64,000 bases of DNA, from assembly GCA_038087875.1 (NCBI GenBank), contig CM075999.1, positions 186,001-250,000 on the forward strand, in the 5' to 3' direction. Both the position numbers and the translations under genes were made by a program. This DNA is from Malacoraja senta (taxonomy: Eukaryota). How positions within the stretch are numbered: position 1 is the stretch's first letter; every line of letters starts with the position of its first letter. The notes beneath the pieces were generated by a model, which had not been told where the DNA came from, did no database searches, and worked only from the letters and a program-made list of their open reading frames with translations. This document shows positions 25,178 through 39,366 of the stretch, in pieces.

Positions 25178-26830
25178 TAGAAACATAGAAAATAGGCGCA
25201 GGAGGAGGCCATTTGGCCCTTCGAGCCAGCATTGCCATTCATTATGATCATGGCTGATTATCCACAATCAGTAACCCGTGCCTGCCTTCTCCCCATTTCC
25301 CTTGATTCCGCTAGCCCCTAGAGCTCTATCAAACTCTATTTTAAATTCATCCAGTGAATTGGCCTTCACTGCCTTCTGTGGCAGAGAATTCCACAAATTC
25401 ACAACTCCCTGGGTGAAATTTTTTTTTCTCATCAGTTTTAAACGGCCTCCCCTTTGTTCTTAGACCATTGCCCCCTGGTTCTGGACTCCCCCAACATTGG
25501 GAACAATTTTCCTGCATCTAGCTTGTCCAGTCCTTTTATACTTTTATACCTTTCTATAAGATATCCTCTCATCCTTCTAAATTCCAGTGAATACAAGCCC
25601 AGTCTTTCCTCATATGACAGTCCCGCCATCCTGGGGATTAACCTCGTGAACCTACGCTGCACTGCCTAAATAGCAAGGATGTCCTTCCTCAAATTAGACC
25701 AAAACTGCACACAATGCTCAAGATGTGGTCTCACCAGGGCCCTGTACAACTGCAGAAGGACCTCTTTGCTCCTATGCTCAAATCCTCTTGTTATGAAGGC
25801 CAACATGCCATTAGCTTTCTTCAATGCCTGCTGTACCTGTAGGTTTACTTTCAGTGATTGGTGTACAAGGACACTCAGGTCTTGTTGCACTTCCCTTTTT
25901 CCTAATCCGACAGCATTGAGATAATAATCTGCCTCCTTGTTCTTGCTGTGAAAGTGGATAACCTCACATTTATCTATGTACATTATACTGCATCTGTCAT
26001 GCATCTGCCACTCACACAACCTGTCTAAGTCACTCTGCAACCTCCTAGCATCCTCTTTGCAGTTCACACTGCCACGCACCTTTGTGTCATCTGCAAATTT
26101 GCTAGTGTTACTTTTAATTCCATCATCTAAATTAATATATATTGTAAATAGTTGCGGCCCCAGCATCGAGCCTTGCGGCATTCCACTCGCCACTGCCTGC
26201 CATTCTGACAGGGACCCGTTTATTCCTACTCTTTGTTTCCTGTCTGCCACCCAATTCTCTATCCATGTCAATCCCCTCCCCTCAATACCATGGGCTCTAA
26301 TTGTGCCCACCAATCTCTTGTGTGGGACCTTATCAAAGGTTTTCTGAAAGTTCAGATACACCACATCCACTGGCTCTCCTTCATCCATTTTACTTGTCAC
26401 ATCCTCAAAAAATTCCAGAAGATTAATCAAACAGGATTTCCCCTTCATAAATCCATGCTGATTTGGACCAATCCTTTTATTGCTATCCAAATGCGCCATT
26501 ATTACTTCTTTAATAATTGACTCCAGCATCTACCCCACCACTGATATCGAGCTAACTGGTTTATAATTCCCCGTTTTCTCCCTTTTTCCTTTTTTGAAAA
26601 GTGGGATAACATTAGCTACCCTCCAATCCACAGGAACTGATCCTGAACCTATAGAACATTGGAAAATAATCACCAATGCATCCACAATTTCTAGAGCCAC
26701 CTCCTTGAGTATCCTGGGATGCAGACCACCAGGCCCTGGAAATTTATCAGCCTTCAGTCCCATCAGTCTACCCGATACTATTTCTCGCCTAATGCAAATT
26801 TCTTTCAGTTCCTCTGTCTCCCTAGATCCT
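25178..26830 (-). mobile_element. CR1 LINE ORF2 remnant (RT domain to 3' UTR) with frameshifts and stops
   Basis: ORFs 26530..26763, 25666..26529 (QHGFMKGKSCL, SGMPQGSMLGP, SKFADDTK) and 25438..25662. Confidence 0.95.
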
Positions 26831-28532
26831 CTTCGATCACGGTTCTTTTAAACTTCTCTTTAATTGCAACTCCAATAATTGACAAGTGTGGCAGGCCAGT
26901 CTTTTCCATGCAAAGTCCCCAGTGTCACCATCAATAGGGTTGTCCTGCTGTTGTTTCTGGTGTTCTTGGATCATGATATCAGTTAAACATAGTTACAGGA
27001 CTCTTGTGACATCTAATGCAACAGCAAAGGAACCAATATAAATGATTCAACCTGGGCAGGAAAGCCCACAATGTCTGTGCCAAACTTGATACCAAGTTAA
27101 ACTCACCTCCTCTGCCTGCCCATGATCTCTATATCCACCATTCCATGCATGTCCATGTGCCTATCTCCATCATCACGTTCCTGGCACCCACATCTCCCTG
27201 TTTATGTAGAAAAACTTGCCCCGCACATCTCCTTTATACATTGCAGCGCTCACCACGAACTTATGCCCGCAAGTCTTTGACATTTCCACTGCAGACATGC
27301 AGCAGAGCTCCAGAAACATCCTGGCTGACTCTACTTGTTGAGCTTTCTGCAAGGTTCAGTCAACCTCTAGCATCAAGTGGAAGCTGTATCTGAAGTGATC
27401 AAGTTTTGACTGTGCATACAATGCTCTTTGGTACAGTGTGTACAGAATGGGTATTATGTACTATGGACTTGGTTTTTTTCTAATTATGTTTTTGCACCAA
27501 AATCTCATTTTCTGTACAGTCTGCATGGAAGCCTGCACTGCCACAGGCGGAACGGCAAACACACCGCACAGACAGCAGTGGAGGGGTCATACCCAGGTTG
27601 CTGGAGTGCAGTGAGGCAGCAACTCCATAGCTGTGCCATTGTGTCACCTTAGGTCAGTGGTAAAGCTGCCTTCTACACCAGCTACAAACTAATGCACTCC
27701 TTGTTGTGCCTCATTGCTGGTAATATTCAGTCTGCACTAACAACACAACACATAACCAGCCAAGTGGTAAGCAACTCATTACAAAGCTGTGAATGCGCTG
27801 TCTTCACTAATGAGTGCAATTTAATATTAATGATATTCTAAATCCTCTTCATTTGTCAGGAAACAAGTGAAAGATTTTGTAAATTTAATGTAACATAATT
27901 AATCGGGAAAGCTATTTACTTCATTTTTTCCCCTTCAAGGTGCCTGCCATTTCACTGTAATGTTATGAATATAGTGAATTACATGAAAACAAAAATAGAT
28001 CAAAATAGTTGATGCCCACATGGCTCGATCAGTAATCTTTTATCTACCTTCCTGCCTGTTCAAGTGAGATTACAAGCCATCACTACATTGCATAAAAAAC
28101 TTCTCTTTTGCAGTCTGCAGAAGTCTACCTAAGCTTTAAAATATCCTTCAAGGCGGTGAGTAAAATTGCTTTATAAATCTGTACATCCACCTTAATCTCT
28201 TAACAGCAGCAGAGATCAGACAACTCATAAGCAAAGGGAGTGCTATTAATTGAACAACTCATTCTACAAAGCAGTGCCAAAAAGAATTACATTTGCAATA
28301 ATCAAAATGGGTTCAGGGAACACAATGGCAAATGAATATCAGCAAAGCCGCAGATAAGAAAGGGAGCTTGCACTTTAATCTTGACTGACAACGTGAAGTT
28401 AGGCAGTATCTCAGAGTTGATAATGTTTTAAGAAACTCCCCTGAGCCCACAATAGTAAACTCTAAGCTCCCATTAATGAAGTTATTGGATCGGATATTCT
28501 GCCTCCTCAGGGTTCGATTGGTTGAATTGATT

Positions 28533-28895
28533 GAAAGATGCAGCATGGAAACAGGCCCTTTGGCCAATCAAATCCATGCTGTCCATCGATCAACCATTCA
28601 CTGAAGATAGACACAAAATGCTGGAGTAACTCAGCCGGACAGACAGCATCTCTGAATAGAAGGAATGCAGTTCTATGTTATCCCACTTTCTCACCCACTC
28701 CCTACACAAGAGGGACAAGTTATGGAGGCCAATTAGCCTACAAACCCGCACGTCTTTGGTATGTGGGAGGAAACCAGAGCACCCGAAGGAAACCCACGTC
28801 ATCACAGGAAGAATGCGCAAACTCCCCAAAGGCAGCATCTGAGGTCTGGATGGAGCTCGAGTCCCTGACACTGTGAGGCAGTGGCTCTACCACCA
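28533..28895 (-). mobile_element. HE1/V-SINE-like SINE with an embedded Penelope pLTR fragment
   Basis: SINE body GGGAGGAAACCAGAGCACCC, plus the fragment GACACAAAATGCTGGAGTAACTCAGC at about 28610-28665. Confidence 0.65.
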
Positions 28896-29051
28896 ATGGG
28901 CTGAGACCAGCCCTCAGACCGTCGGTCCACGTTCACAAGTTACAGAAGTAGAATTAGACCATTCGGCCCATCGAGTCTACTCCGCCATTCAATCATGGCT
29001 GATCTCTGCCTCCTAATCCCATTTTCCTGCCTTCTCCTCATAACCAGCCCT

Positions 29052-29788
29052 GGGAGATGCAGCGAGACCTGGGTGTCATGGTACACCAGTCATTGAAAGT
29101 AGGCATGCAGGTGCAGCAGGCAGTGAAGAAAGCGAATGGTATGTTAGCTTTCATAGCAAAAGGATTTGAGTATAGGAGCAGGGAGGTTCTACTGCAGTTG
29201 TACAGGGTCTTGGTGAGACCACACCTGGAGTATTGCATACAGTTTTGGTCTCCAAATCTGAGGAAGGACATTATTGCCATAGAGGGAGTGCAGAGAAGGT
29301 TCACCAGACTGATTCCTGGGATGTCAGGACTGTCTTATGAAGAAAGACTGGATAGACTTGGTTTATACTCTCTAGAATTTAGGAGATTGAGAGGGGATCT
29401 TATAGAAACTTACAAAATTCTTAAGGGGTTGGACAGGCTAGATGCAGGAAGATTGCTCCCGATGTTGGGGAAGTCCAGGACAAGGGGTCACAGCTTAAGG
29501 ATAAGGGGGAAATCCTTTACAACCGAGATGAGAAGAACTTTTTTCACACAGAGAGTGGTGAATCTCTGGAACTCTCTGCCACAGAGGGTAGTCGAGGCCA
29601 GTTCATTGGCTATATTTAAGAGGGAGCTAGATGTGGCCCTTGTGGCTAAAGGGATCAGAGGGTATGGAGAGAAGGCAGGTACAGGATACTGAGTTGGATG
29701 ATCAGCCATGATCATATTGAATGGCGGTGCAGGCTCGAAGGGCCGAATGGCCTACTCCTGCACCTATTTTCTATGTTTCTATGTTTCT
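29052..29788 (+). mobile_element. CR1 LINE 3' end, young subfamily, inserted antisense into an older CR1 tail
   Basis: Uninterrupted 211-aa ORF 29057..29692. The host CR1 tail (about 28935-29045) resumes at 29789, with TAACC on both sides. Confidence 0.95.
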
Positions 29789-30631
29789 AACCCTTGACAC
29801 CCATTCGAATCAAGAATCGGTGGGGCATAGCACAGCGCTGTGTCATCTCACTGCCAATCCAACTGGCCAGAGGCACTCATAGAAAGATGCTTACATCCCT
29901 CATGATCCATCACACCTCTCAAAGGTATTACTAAAGATTCTTTCTATCCTTGACATTCACATTCAGAAACAGTGGGAAACTATTCATAACTAATCAAATA
30001 CTATAAAAAAAAAAGTAAAGCTTTTGTAATGCATTTTTATATCAATTGAAACATTAATAATACCCTCGCATTTATAAACAATTAAATACATTTCAATACA
30101 ATAGCATTGGTACCTGTGCCACTATCCGTGAGGCAAGAGCTGGAAGGACACAAAGTACTGGAGTAATCTAGCGGGCCAGGCAACGTCTCTGGAGAACATG
30201 GATAGGTGTTGTTTCGGGTCAAGACCCTTTTTCAGACCCCTTCTTCAGAAATAGAAGGATAGTGCAGTTTAATATGTGTTTAAGGAGCTGCTGCAGAAGG
30301 GAGGGCTTCAGATATGGAACACAAAAGGTAGAACAGCGCAGCACAGGAACAGGCCCTTCAGTCCACAATGTCTGTGCTGAACACGATGCCAAGTTAAACC
30401 AAAGACACAAAGAGCAGGAGTAACTCAGTGGGTCAGGCAGTATCTGGAGAACATGGATAGACAATGTTTCGGGTCGGAACCCTTCTTCAGACTGATTGTG
30501 GTGGAGGGTGGTGGAAAGAAAGCTGGAAGAGAGAGGGGCAGGACAGGACAAAGCCTGGCAAGTAATTGGTGGATAATCACAGAGGGGGAGCAGCAAGAGT
30601 GTCTCGCAGAAGTCGCGTCGCATTGAGAGCT

Positions 30632-30880
30632 TAGAAACATAGAAACATAGAAAATAGGTGCAGGAGTAGGCCATTCGGCCCTTCGAGCCTGCACCGCCAT
30701 TCAATATGATCATGGCTGATCATCCAACTCAGTATCCTGTACCTGCTTTCTCTCCATACCCCCTGATCCCTTTAGCCACAAGGGCCACATCTAACTCCCT
30801 CTTAAATATAGCCAATGAACTGGCCTCAACTGCATTCTGTGGCAGAGAATTCCAGAGATTCACCACTCTCTGTGTAAAAA
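30632..30880 (-). mobile_element. CR1 LINE short 3' end
   Basis: FTQRVVNLWNSLP...GYGEKAGTGY and (TATGTTTC)n tail. Confidence 0.9.
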
Positions 30881-31137
30881 GCTTCTTGAAAGTTATCATA
30901 CCTGGAGGAGATTTTGCTGGAGAACAGTAAAGTGTAGACACAAATAACTGCAGATGCTTTTTTACAACAAAAAAAAGACACAAAGTGCTGGAGCAACTCA
31001 GTGGGTCAGACAACATCTCTGTAGAACATGGGTAGGCAACGTTTTGTGTAAACCGGCATCTTCAGTCACCAAGTTAAACTAATCTCCTCTGCCTGCATGT
31101 GACCCATATACCTCCATTCCCTGCATAATTGGATCAA

Positions 31138-31250
31138 TGGGCTTGCTTTCAGGGCAGGTGGGGTCTATACAAGAGGAATGGGTTGTACCTGAACTGGAGG
31201 GGGATCAATACCTTTGCAGGGCAGCTTGCTAGTGCTACTCGGGGGGGATT
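31138..31250 (+). mobile_element. CR1 ORF1 (SGNH esterase-like) fragment
   Basis: Translates as WACFQGRWGLYKRNGLYLNWRGINTFAGQLASA, resembling the DGLHLN motif region of CR1 ORF1. Confidence 0.6.
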
Positions 31251-31514
31251 TGTGTCTTCTCTCGCACTGTTGCGAGTCTTTGGATCTCTCGTCCTCAAAG
31301 GATGATGGAGACAGAATCTTTGAATATCCAGTGGGTGGATTTGTGGCAAACAAGAGAGTGAATGGTTAAAGGGAAGGACATAAAGTGCTGGCATAGCTCA
31401 GCCGGTCAGGCAGCATCTCTGGAGAACATGGATAGGTGGATAGTTTACAGGGGATAGGCGGAAATGCAGAGTTGAGGTTCCTGTTCAGTCAACCATGACC
31501 TTATTAACAGAACA

Positions 31515-31662
31515 TCTCTCTTACCTCCACCTCTACCCCCCATGTAGCATTTGTACCCTGCAACATCGAGCTGCTTGTCCTCTCCCTCCCTCCCTCAGCC
31601 ACGTTTCTGTGATAGTTACTATATCCTAGTCTTATGTACCTATCCACGTCCTAACTTCATCA
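31515..31662 (-). mobile_element. CR1 APE endonuclease N-terminal fragment
   Basis: Minus strand reads DIVTITETWLREG..QLDVAGYKC. Confidence 0.65.
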
Positions 31663-31854
31663 TCTGTGTTGATGCACCGTGTTGTTCAAACCTAATATTG
31701 TAGAATCTTGCCAAATAAACCAAATGGGGTATCGAATCTAAAATGATATATCAAAGAGCTGCAGGAGTAATGATCCATCACTGACATATCTCTTCATTTC
31801 TTGATTAGCGATCTCAGAAGGTGCCAGATTCAACCTGCAAGATGATTTATGCAT

Positions 31855-31886
<32 letters not shown>

Positions 31887-33680
31887 GCATGGGTTTGACG
31901 CCAGCTGCTTAGCACAAAATATATCAGTAGAAAACTGATAGCTACATATCAATATATCAAGGACATGGCCCATCTGTATTTGTTAAATAATAAAGCAACA
32001 ATTATAAACAGTTGAAGATGAGTAACCTGAATTAGAGGAGCCTTTGTTGAAGGAAGTTCTACTTGTGTAACATCAGAATGTGGAACTACTCCATAACTAT
32101 ATCATCCCTGCCTAATCCTTACTCAACCATTACTTTCAAACTAGGAGACCAAGTCTGGTTCAATCTGGAGTGCAAAAGAACTACTAACAACAGCATTATA
32201 ATGTCATACAGCATGGAAACAGGCTCTTCGGCCCAACTTGACCATGCCGACCAAGATGATGCATATACACTAGTCCCACCTGTTCCGCATTTAGCCCATG
32301 TCCTACCAAACCTTTCCGATCCCTTCCAAAAAGTGTACCTCAATTTGGTGAAGCTACAAAATAAAACAGTTTGAAAATATAAACTGGATGAAAAAAATGG
32401 GAAAACATAGAAATAGTGTGAACGGGTAGTCAGCATGGACTGGATGGGCCGAAGGGTCTGTTTCCATGCTGTATCTCCATCTATAAATCCCGTAGAATAA
32501 TTCTATCGGCACTCTCAGTTTATAACCTGAATTTAAGATTTGTTTTATTTTAGTAAAATTAAGTTGAGAACAGTTGAGAGTTGAAAAGATTTATATGAAA
32601 TTAAAATAATTGAAACACATTGAAACAAATATAAATGTTTAAAATCATAAACACTGTAAATGCAGTTCTTTCCTGAAGACCAATCTATTTGGCATTTTAA
32701 GCCCCCAATGTGTTTTAATGATAATATGACTTTGCCACAAATGTTCGGGCCAACAAGTGAATGTTGAGAAAATGGAATTCTTTGTAATTTATCTATGCTA
32801 AGGCTACGGTGACATGGTTAGTGTATTGAGGTGTGATATCTGACTATTCCTGCAAACGTTCTCATCCAAGCAGACCTCTACTGTATCAGAAGATGTGGTT
32901 CCAAGCTGTCCATAAGTGAGTGCCAACCGACATGGTTCTGCTCCTTTGCCTTTCATATGGAAGGGTCCCCTCATAACGTCTAATAACAGCCCCTCATAAC
33001 AGCTAACGCTGGGTCAAGTCTCATAGTCAGTCAACACAGAAACAGGCCCTTCAGCCCAACTCATCCATGCTGACCAAGATGCCCCATCTAAGCTAGTCCC
33101 AATTGCCTGCGCTTGCCCATATACAGTACTTCTAAACCTTTCCGATCCATGTACCTGTCCAAGTATCTTTTAAATGCTGTTAATATTCCTGCTTCAACTA
33201 TACCTCCTCTGGCAGCATGTTCCATACATCCACCACCTTATGTGTGAAAAAAGTTGCCGCTCGGATTCCTGTTACATCTTTCCTTTCTCACCTTAAACCT
33301 ATGTCCTTTTGTTTATGATTTCCCCACCCTGGGTAAAAGGTTCTGTGCCTTTCTGTACCTTATCTATTCCCCTCATGATTTTATACACCTCTACAAAATC
33401 ACCCAGCCCCTTGGGCTCCAAGGAATTAAGTCCAAGCCTGCCCGACTTCTCCGGGACCTTCGAGGCCTGGCAATGTCCTGGTAAATCTTCTCAGCACCCT
33501 TTGCAGCTTAGCATTCTCACTGTATACTACAGTTGGGCGCTCGAAACGGTCAAGATGCCATTGCGTATCAAAGATGCGACCAATGGTAAAAACAGAAAAC
33601 AGAAGCAGACTACAGGTAAAGGTAACCCCCTGTGATGGAATGTGCTGCTTGTCCGGTCATTACTGCAGGAACAACAAAAA

Positions 33681-33786
33681 ACGCTCTAAAAAAAATCAGT
33701 AAACATGATATAAAATACGCTCTAAAAATATCAGTAAACATGATATAAAATACGCTCTAAAAAAATCAGTAAACATGAAATAAAAT
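33681..33786 (+). repeat. 35-36-bp tandem repeat, 3 copies
   Basis: ACGCTCTAAAAA(A/T)ATCAGTAAACATGA(T/A)ATAAAAT-type units at 33681, 33717 and 33752. Confidence 0.9.
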
Positions 33787-36700
33787 ACCATGGAGCAGCT
33801 ACAGACAGCTGAAAGGTTCCCACTGTGACATGAGTAAGATACTCACTGAATAAACAACATCACTAATGATGACTGCGGGGAATTCATTGTGAGGATGGAT
33901 AGGCATCTATTTGTATAATTTTGCTGGTTCGGATAATGTCAGAGCACGCAAGTAGAAAACTTAAACTTCCCTTCCTGTAAAGTCAGAGGCAGGGGGAGTG
34001 TACTGTAGATGGCTGGACTGAGTTTGAGTTTGAGTTTAGTTTATTGTCACGTGTAGTGATGTACGGTGAAAAGCTTTGTTGCGTACTAACCAGCTAGCGG
34101 AATGACAACACATGATTGCAATCTAGCCATCCCCACTGTACAAATACATGATAAAGGCATTAATGTGAATAACGTTTAGTGTAAGATAAAGTCCAGTAAA
34201 GTCTGATCAAAGATAGTCCGAGGCTGCAAGCCCTGATTACTCCAGTCGGGTCTTGGTCTTTTCAACGTTGTCTTTTAAATATGCACATGGATATGCAGGC
34301 TAGGGGAGGATATGGATCGCGTGCAGGCAGAGAAGATTTGTTTAGGCAGATATGGCAGTGGCATTTAAAATGCTTTTAGATAGGCACACGGAAGTGTAGC
34401 TAATAGAGGGATATGGACCATGTACAGGCAGATGAGATTAGTTTAACTAGGCATCGTGTTCGGCTGAAGGGTCAGATAATCTGTGCTGTACTGTTCTGTG
34501 TTCTATGTTCACCACCTCAGCCTCCCCCGCTCCAAGGAATTAAGTCTTAGCCTGACCAACCTTTCTTTGTAGCTCGGGCCCTCGAGTCCTGGCAACATCC
34601 TTGTAAATCTCCCCTGCATTCTTTAAAGTTTAGAGACATTAAGCTGGAAAGGCAATGATGATGTTGCAGAGTTTGAAATGGTGAATCTAGGAATAGGTTG
34701 GGGTTAGCGTGGGGATTGAACAGTGCAGAGTCTAACATTATCAGGCAGGCAAATTGATGAAGCTAAATTTGGCTTGACCCAATAGGAACACGAGCTCCAA
34801 GGCATGTAAATACTGGCAGGAGATGTTATTTAAAAATATATATATATATTAAGCTGAAGGGAATATTGATTCATCTCATTTTGAATGTCAAACATTTGGA
34901 GTAAAATACTGAAGGTTAAAGCCTTCAGACCAATGGAAAAGGAATGTAGCATCAAAGGCTTGACTGACATGTGTGCTTATAGCAGATGACATGATGATTA
35001 GAGACAAAAGGAACTGCAGATGCTAGTTTACAAAAAAAACACTATGTGCTGGAGTAACTCAGCGGGTCAAACAGCATCTCTGGAGAACATGGATGGTGAT
35101 ATTTCAAGTTGGGAGCCTTCTTCAGACTGATTTTGGTGGGGGGTGGGGTGGGGGGGAAGAAAGCTGGAAGAGAGGAAGGTGGTGGGACAAAGTCTGGCAA
35201 GTGATAGGTGGATACAGGGGAGGGGGAGTTTGATACGCAGATAGTTGGACAATGGCCAGAGAGGAAAAGACAAACATTGTTAGATAAGGAGATAGAGAGA
35301 GAAGTGGTGTGAAATGTGAAGCCACTGGAAGGAATATAAATGATGATTAGCACGTAAATCCTAACTAGTATTATCCTACACACCAGGGACAATTTACACA
35401 AGCCAATTAACCTGCAATCTGTAAGTCTTTGCAGTGTTAGAGGAAACCGGAGCACCCGGAGAAAACCCATGGGGACCCGGGTCTCTGGCATTGTAAAGTG
35501 CTGTGCCATCATGCCGCCCGTATAGAACAGTCCATTCAGCCCATTGAGTCTGCACTGCCCACCAAACACCCTCTTGCAATAATCTAACATAATATAATCT
35601 AATACAATATCATTATTTTTCTCCCACATTTTCCTCCCCCTCCCCACCCGACCTCAGAATGTCATTTATATCCCCCAAACCAACTCAGAAAGACCTAGAG
35701 CCACACAAACTAATTCAGGACACTGCCTTGCTCTCCACAACATATAGGAGGAGGTAGTTGAGCCAGGTACAATAACAATATTTTAAAATCATTTGGACAG
35801 GTACATGGCTAGAGGGATTACGGTTAGAGAGATATGGACCCAGCGTGGAAAATGGGACTAGTTTAGATGGTGTATTTTAGTGGGCATGGAGGAATTGGGC
35901 AGAAGGGCCTTTTTCTGTGCTGTGTAACTCCATGACTCTATTGCAAGCACGATAGCCCAACAGAGGCATTACAGATAAGACAAATGGCAAAATACAAAGT
36001 ACTGAATGAACTCAGTGGACTAGGTAGAATCAGTGAGATGACATTATGGGCTGGGACCCTTTCTCAGGCTGATTGTCAAAGAGTAGGAGAGCAGTGAGCA
36101 GTGCTTAGGGGGAATGGTAAGAGAGAGGCTCTCAGAACTCCCCTTGGAGGAGAACCTCTTCAAAGAAGACATTCTCCGGTACAGCATCTGTCCCTCCACA
36201 GATGCTGCCTGACCCTTTGAGTTCCTTAGGGTTTTTTTTGCACAAGATTCCAGCATCTGCTGTCCCTTGTGTCTCTAAATGGCAAAAGGTTTCTCAATGA
36301 AAATGCCTTGATCTTTATGTTTGAAACATAAAAGATGCTCAACTCATGGAGTAACTCAGCGGGTCAGGCAACATCTCTGAAAAAAATGGATAAATGACGT
36401 TTCGGGTCAGGACCCTTTTTCAGACTTGCTGAGTTATGTCAGCACTATGTGTCCATCTTTGGTATAAATCAGCGTCTGAAGCTACTCCTTATTACAAGGA
36501 ACCAAGCATGCTGTAAACATGGAGAATGCCAGGGATGTAGCTTTATAAATGCATTGCACCTTAGCCTGTATTTATTTTCTCGAGACTTTGAAGCAGAGCT
36601 TTGGCAGGCTTCCATTGAGCCCGAAACCGTCTCTTTGTCAACATCCCCATAAACAAAAGGATTCTTTCCTCCAGCATGCAGTTGATTTCAATGGGAAATG

Positions 36701-39088
36701 ACAGCTGTAACCCAAGCATTCATGTGCAGTGCAGATGGACCGTTGAGGCACATACACTCAGCGTACACACACCATAAGTCAGCGTCCATCTGGGGGACTT
36801 GTCAGCAACAAAGCCGACCAAAAACTCCGACAGTATCACCTTTCAGCTTGCCTCTGCACTTCAATGTCTTTGGATCCACAATGAATCTGTAACGGTGCCG
36901 AGAGGAAATCTAAAGCTTAATCTACCAGAGGTGAAGATGATCCTTTTCTAATTTGATCTCAATGGAGGCTTCTGGGCAAATTAACTCACAGACAATGATG
37001 GAACAGTTGCTCTGCAACCTTGCAGCAGTCAGCAATGATTAAAAATGTGAATGGGAGCTCCAGATTAAACATGTTACGAATTCAATATCAGCTAGGAGAT
37101 AAAGCAGTTTAGCTTTTCTTTTGAAAACTTGGTATTATGTCGAGAAATCCATGAGGAGTAGCACAGCATATATACATTTGCAGGATGGAAAAATCAAATA
37201 CTAGAGGGTGTTACTTTAAGGTGAGAGGGGCATAGCTTAAAGGAGATGTACAGGGCAACATTTTTCTATATAGAGAATGGTGGGTGTCTGGAACACACTG
37301 TCTGGGGTGGTGGTGGAGGCAGATACAATAGTGACATTTAAGAGACTTTGCAATAGGCATGTGGGGGAATGGAGGAGTATGCATTATGTGCAGGGAGATA
37401 AGAATTGGTCCTAGCATCATGTTCGACACTGTGGGCCAAAGGGCCTGTTCTTGTGCTATACTCTTCTATATTCTATGTTCAGTCTGATTGTTTCGATAGA
37501 ATGTCTCTAGAATGCATCGTTGTCATTTAAATTTTATGGAAAGTGCTGAGATGTAACAAAAGCAGATAGTTTAGTGTCAAGAACGTTCTTGTTTTTTTTA
37601 AACACAGACAGAGACCATTCAGCCCATTGGCCCAATGCTATCTCTCAGCAGAGCTGCTCCATCCTTCCCATTCCCCTCCCCCTCCTTCCTGTCACCGATT
37701 CACTGTCACCAGTGCCCATCCGCTCTTCTTTGATTACAGTTATTGAGGTAATTTTCAGTGGTCAAATAACCTGGCTTTGGGATGTAATGTCACCCGAGGG
37801 AAAGCCAGGTGGCCACAGGGAGAATGTGCAAACTTCGCACAAACAACGGCGGAGGTCAGGATTGAACCTGGGTCCCTGCACCGACTGCTGAGCCACCATG
37901 TTGATAATTTCCCACATGGAAGTAATCCGAGGTGTCAGGGGTTATGGGGGAAAAGGCAGGAGGATGGGGTTGAGAGGGAAAGATAGATCAGCCATGATTG
38001 AATGGCGGAGTAAACTTGATGAGCCGAATGGCCTAATTCAGCTCTCAGAACTTATGAATCAGAAGGCATTGACCCCACAGTGATGTGCCCCCAGTTTTTA
38101 TACAAAGCTTTGGCTGCACAGAGACACCAAGTCACAGAGAGCTGTTCAGCACAAAAACGGGTCCCCTGTAAATCTCTGGGACATAAAAAGAGAAAATGTT
38201 CGAAACACTCGGGATCTGTGGAAAGATAAACAGTTTGTGACTCAGATCCTGGGATGCTCGGGAAAGGACATTCGGAGAGTACAGAGAAGAAGATGAAACT
38301 ATGACACATCAATTCCACATACAATATTACTTGTCTTCATCAGTCTCACTAGGGAGCTGCTTACTCATCCGTGAGCTCACGCAGAGATTAATCCTTTGTA
38401 ACATCACTGGAAGGGATTGTGTGGGAATGCGGTGAAATGAAGAGGATCTTCAGAACAGTACGAGTAGAACAGATTGTTGTAGCCAGCAACCAAGTCAGAG
38501 AAGCAAGTCTCGAATCCAAGCCCTAATTCCATCTTGATTTTTTGCAATGTTATTTTTGGTGTCAACTGTTGTACTGTTCCCACTGTATTTTAATCTCCTG
38601 TCAAAATCCTTTTTTTTCTAGCTCTCTTTGCCTTTCTAATTATGAACGCTCACACCTGGTCCACTGCCTTATAAACAATAGATTCCAGAGTTAGAGGAAA
38701 AATGCCTGACCTAGAAACAGACTATATTAAAATTTGAAAGATGAAAACAGGGCTCATTCTGTTGAATTAGTTCGCTGATGTTTTGTCCAGGATGGGTGAA
38801 CATAGAACAGTACAGCACAGGAACAGCCCTTAGGCCCACAATGTCAGTGCCAAACATAATGTCAAGATCAATTCTTATTTGCCTGCACGTAGTCCAGATG
38901 TCACTACTGTATCTGCCTCCAACACCATCTGCAGCAGCGTGTTCCAGGCACCTACACCCTGTGTAAAAAACTTGCCCTGCACATATCCTTTAAATTTTGC
39001 TGCATTCCCCTTAAAGCTATGCCCTCAAGTGTTAGATATTTTCATTGTGGGATAAAGATTCAAACTGTCTACCCCATATACAGATCTG

Positions 39089-39366
39089 AGGGTAGCACGG
39101 TGGTGCAGCAAGTAGAGCTGTTTTTTCATGGTGTCAGAGACCCGTTTCAATCCTCACCTCGAATGCTGTCTGTGTGGAGTTTTCACGCTCTCAAAGTGAC
39201 ACCTGGGGTTTTCTCCGGGTGCTCTGGCTTCTGTAAATTGCCCCTGGTTGTGTAGGAAGTGGATGAGAAAGTGGGATAACTCAGAACTAGTGTGAAACGG
39301 CAATAGATGGTCGGTGTGGACTCGGTAGCCCGAGGGGCCTGTTTCCATGCTGTATCTTTCCATAAA
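39089..39366 (+). mobile_element. HE1/V-SINE-like SINE
   Basis: GCACGGTGGTGCAGCAAGTAGAGCTG head and GGGCCTGTTTCCATGCTGTATC tail. Confidence 0.75.

Noticed and set aside
31850..31893. Poly-G run flanked by TGCATGGG
   Set aside because: Homopolymer of uncertain length, most simply slippage or an assembly effect, with no element structure.
32870..33590. Candidate host exons (AG...GTGAGT near 32873-32921; TACAG...GTAAA near 33531-33585)
   Set aside because: Splice-like signals only. No frame gives a recognisable protein, so this needs RNA-seq or homology support.
33681..33786. CRISPR-like array (also considered for 41163-41295 and 41825-42030)
   Set aside because: No identical repeats of CRISPR length separated by unique spacers, no cas genes, and a vertebrate context.
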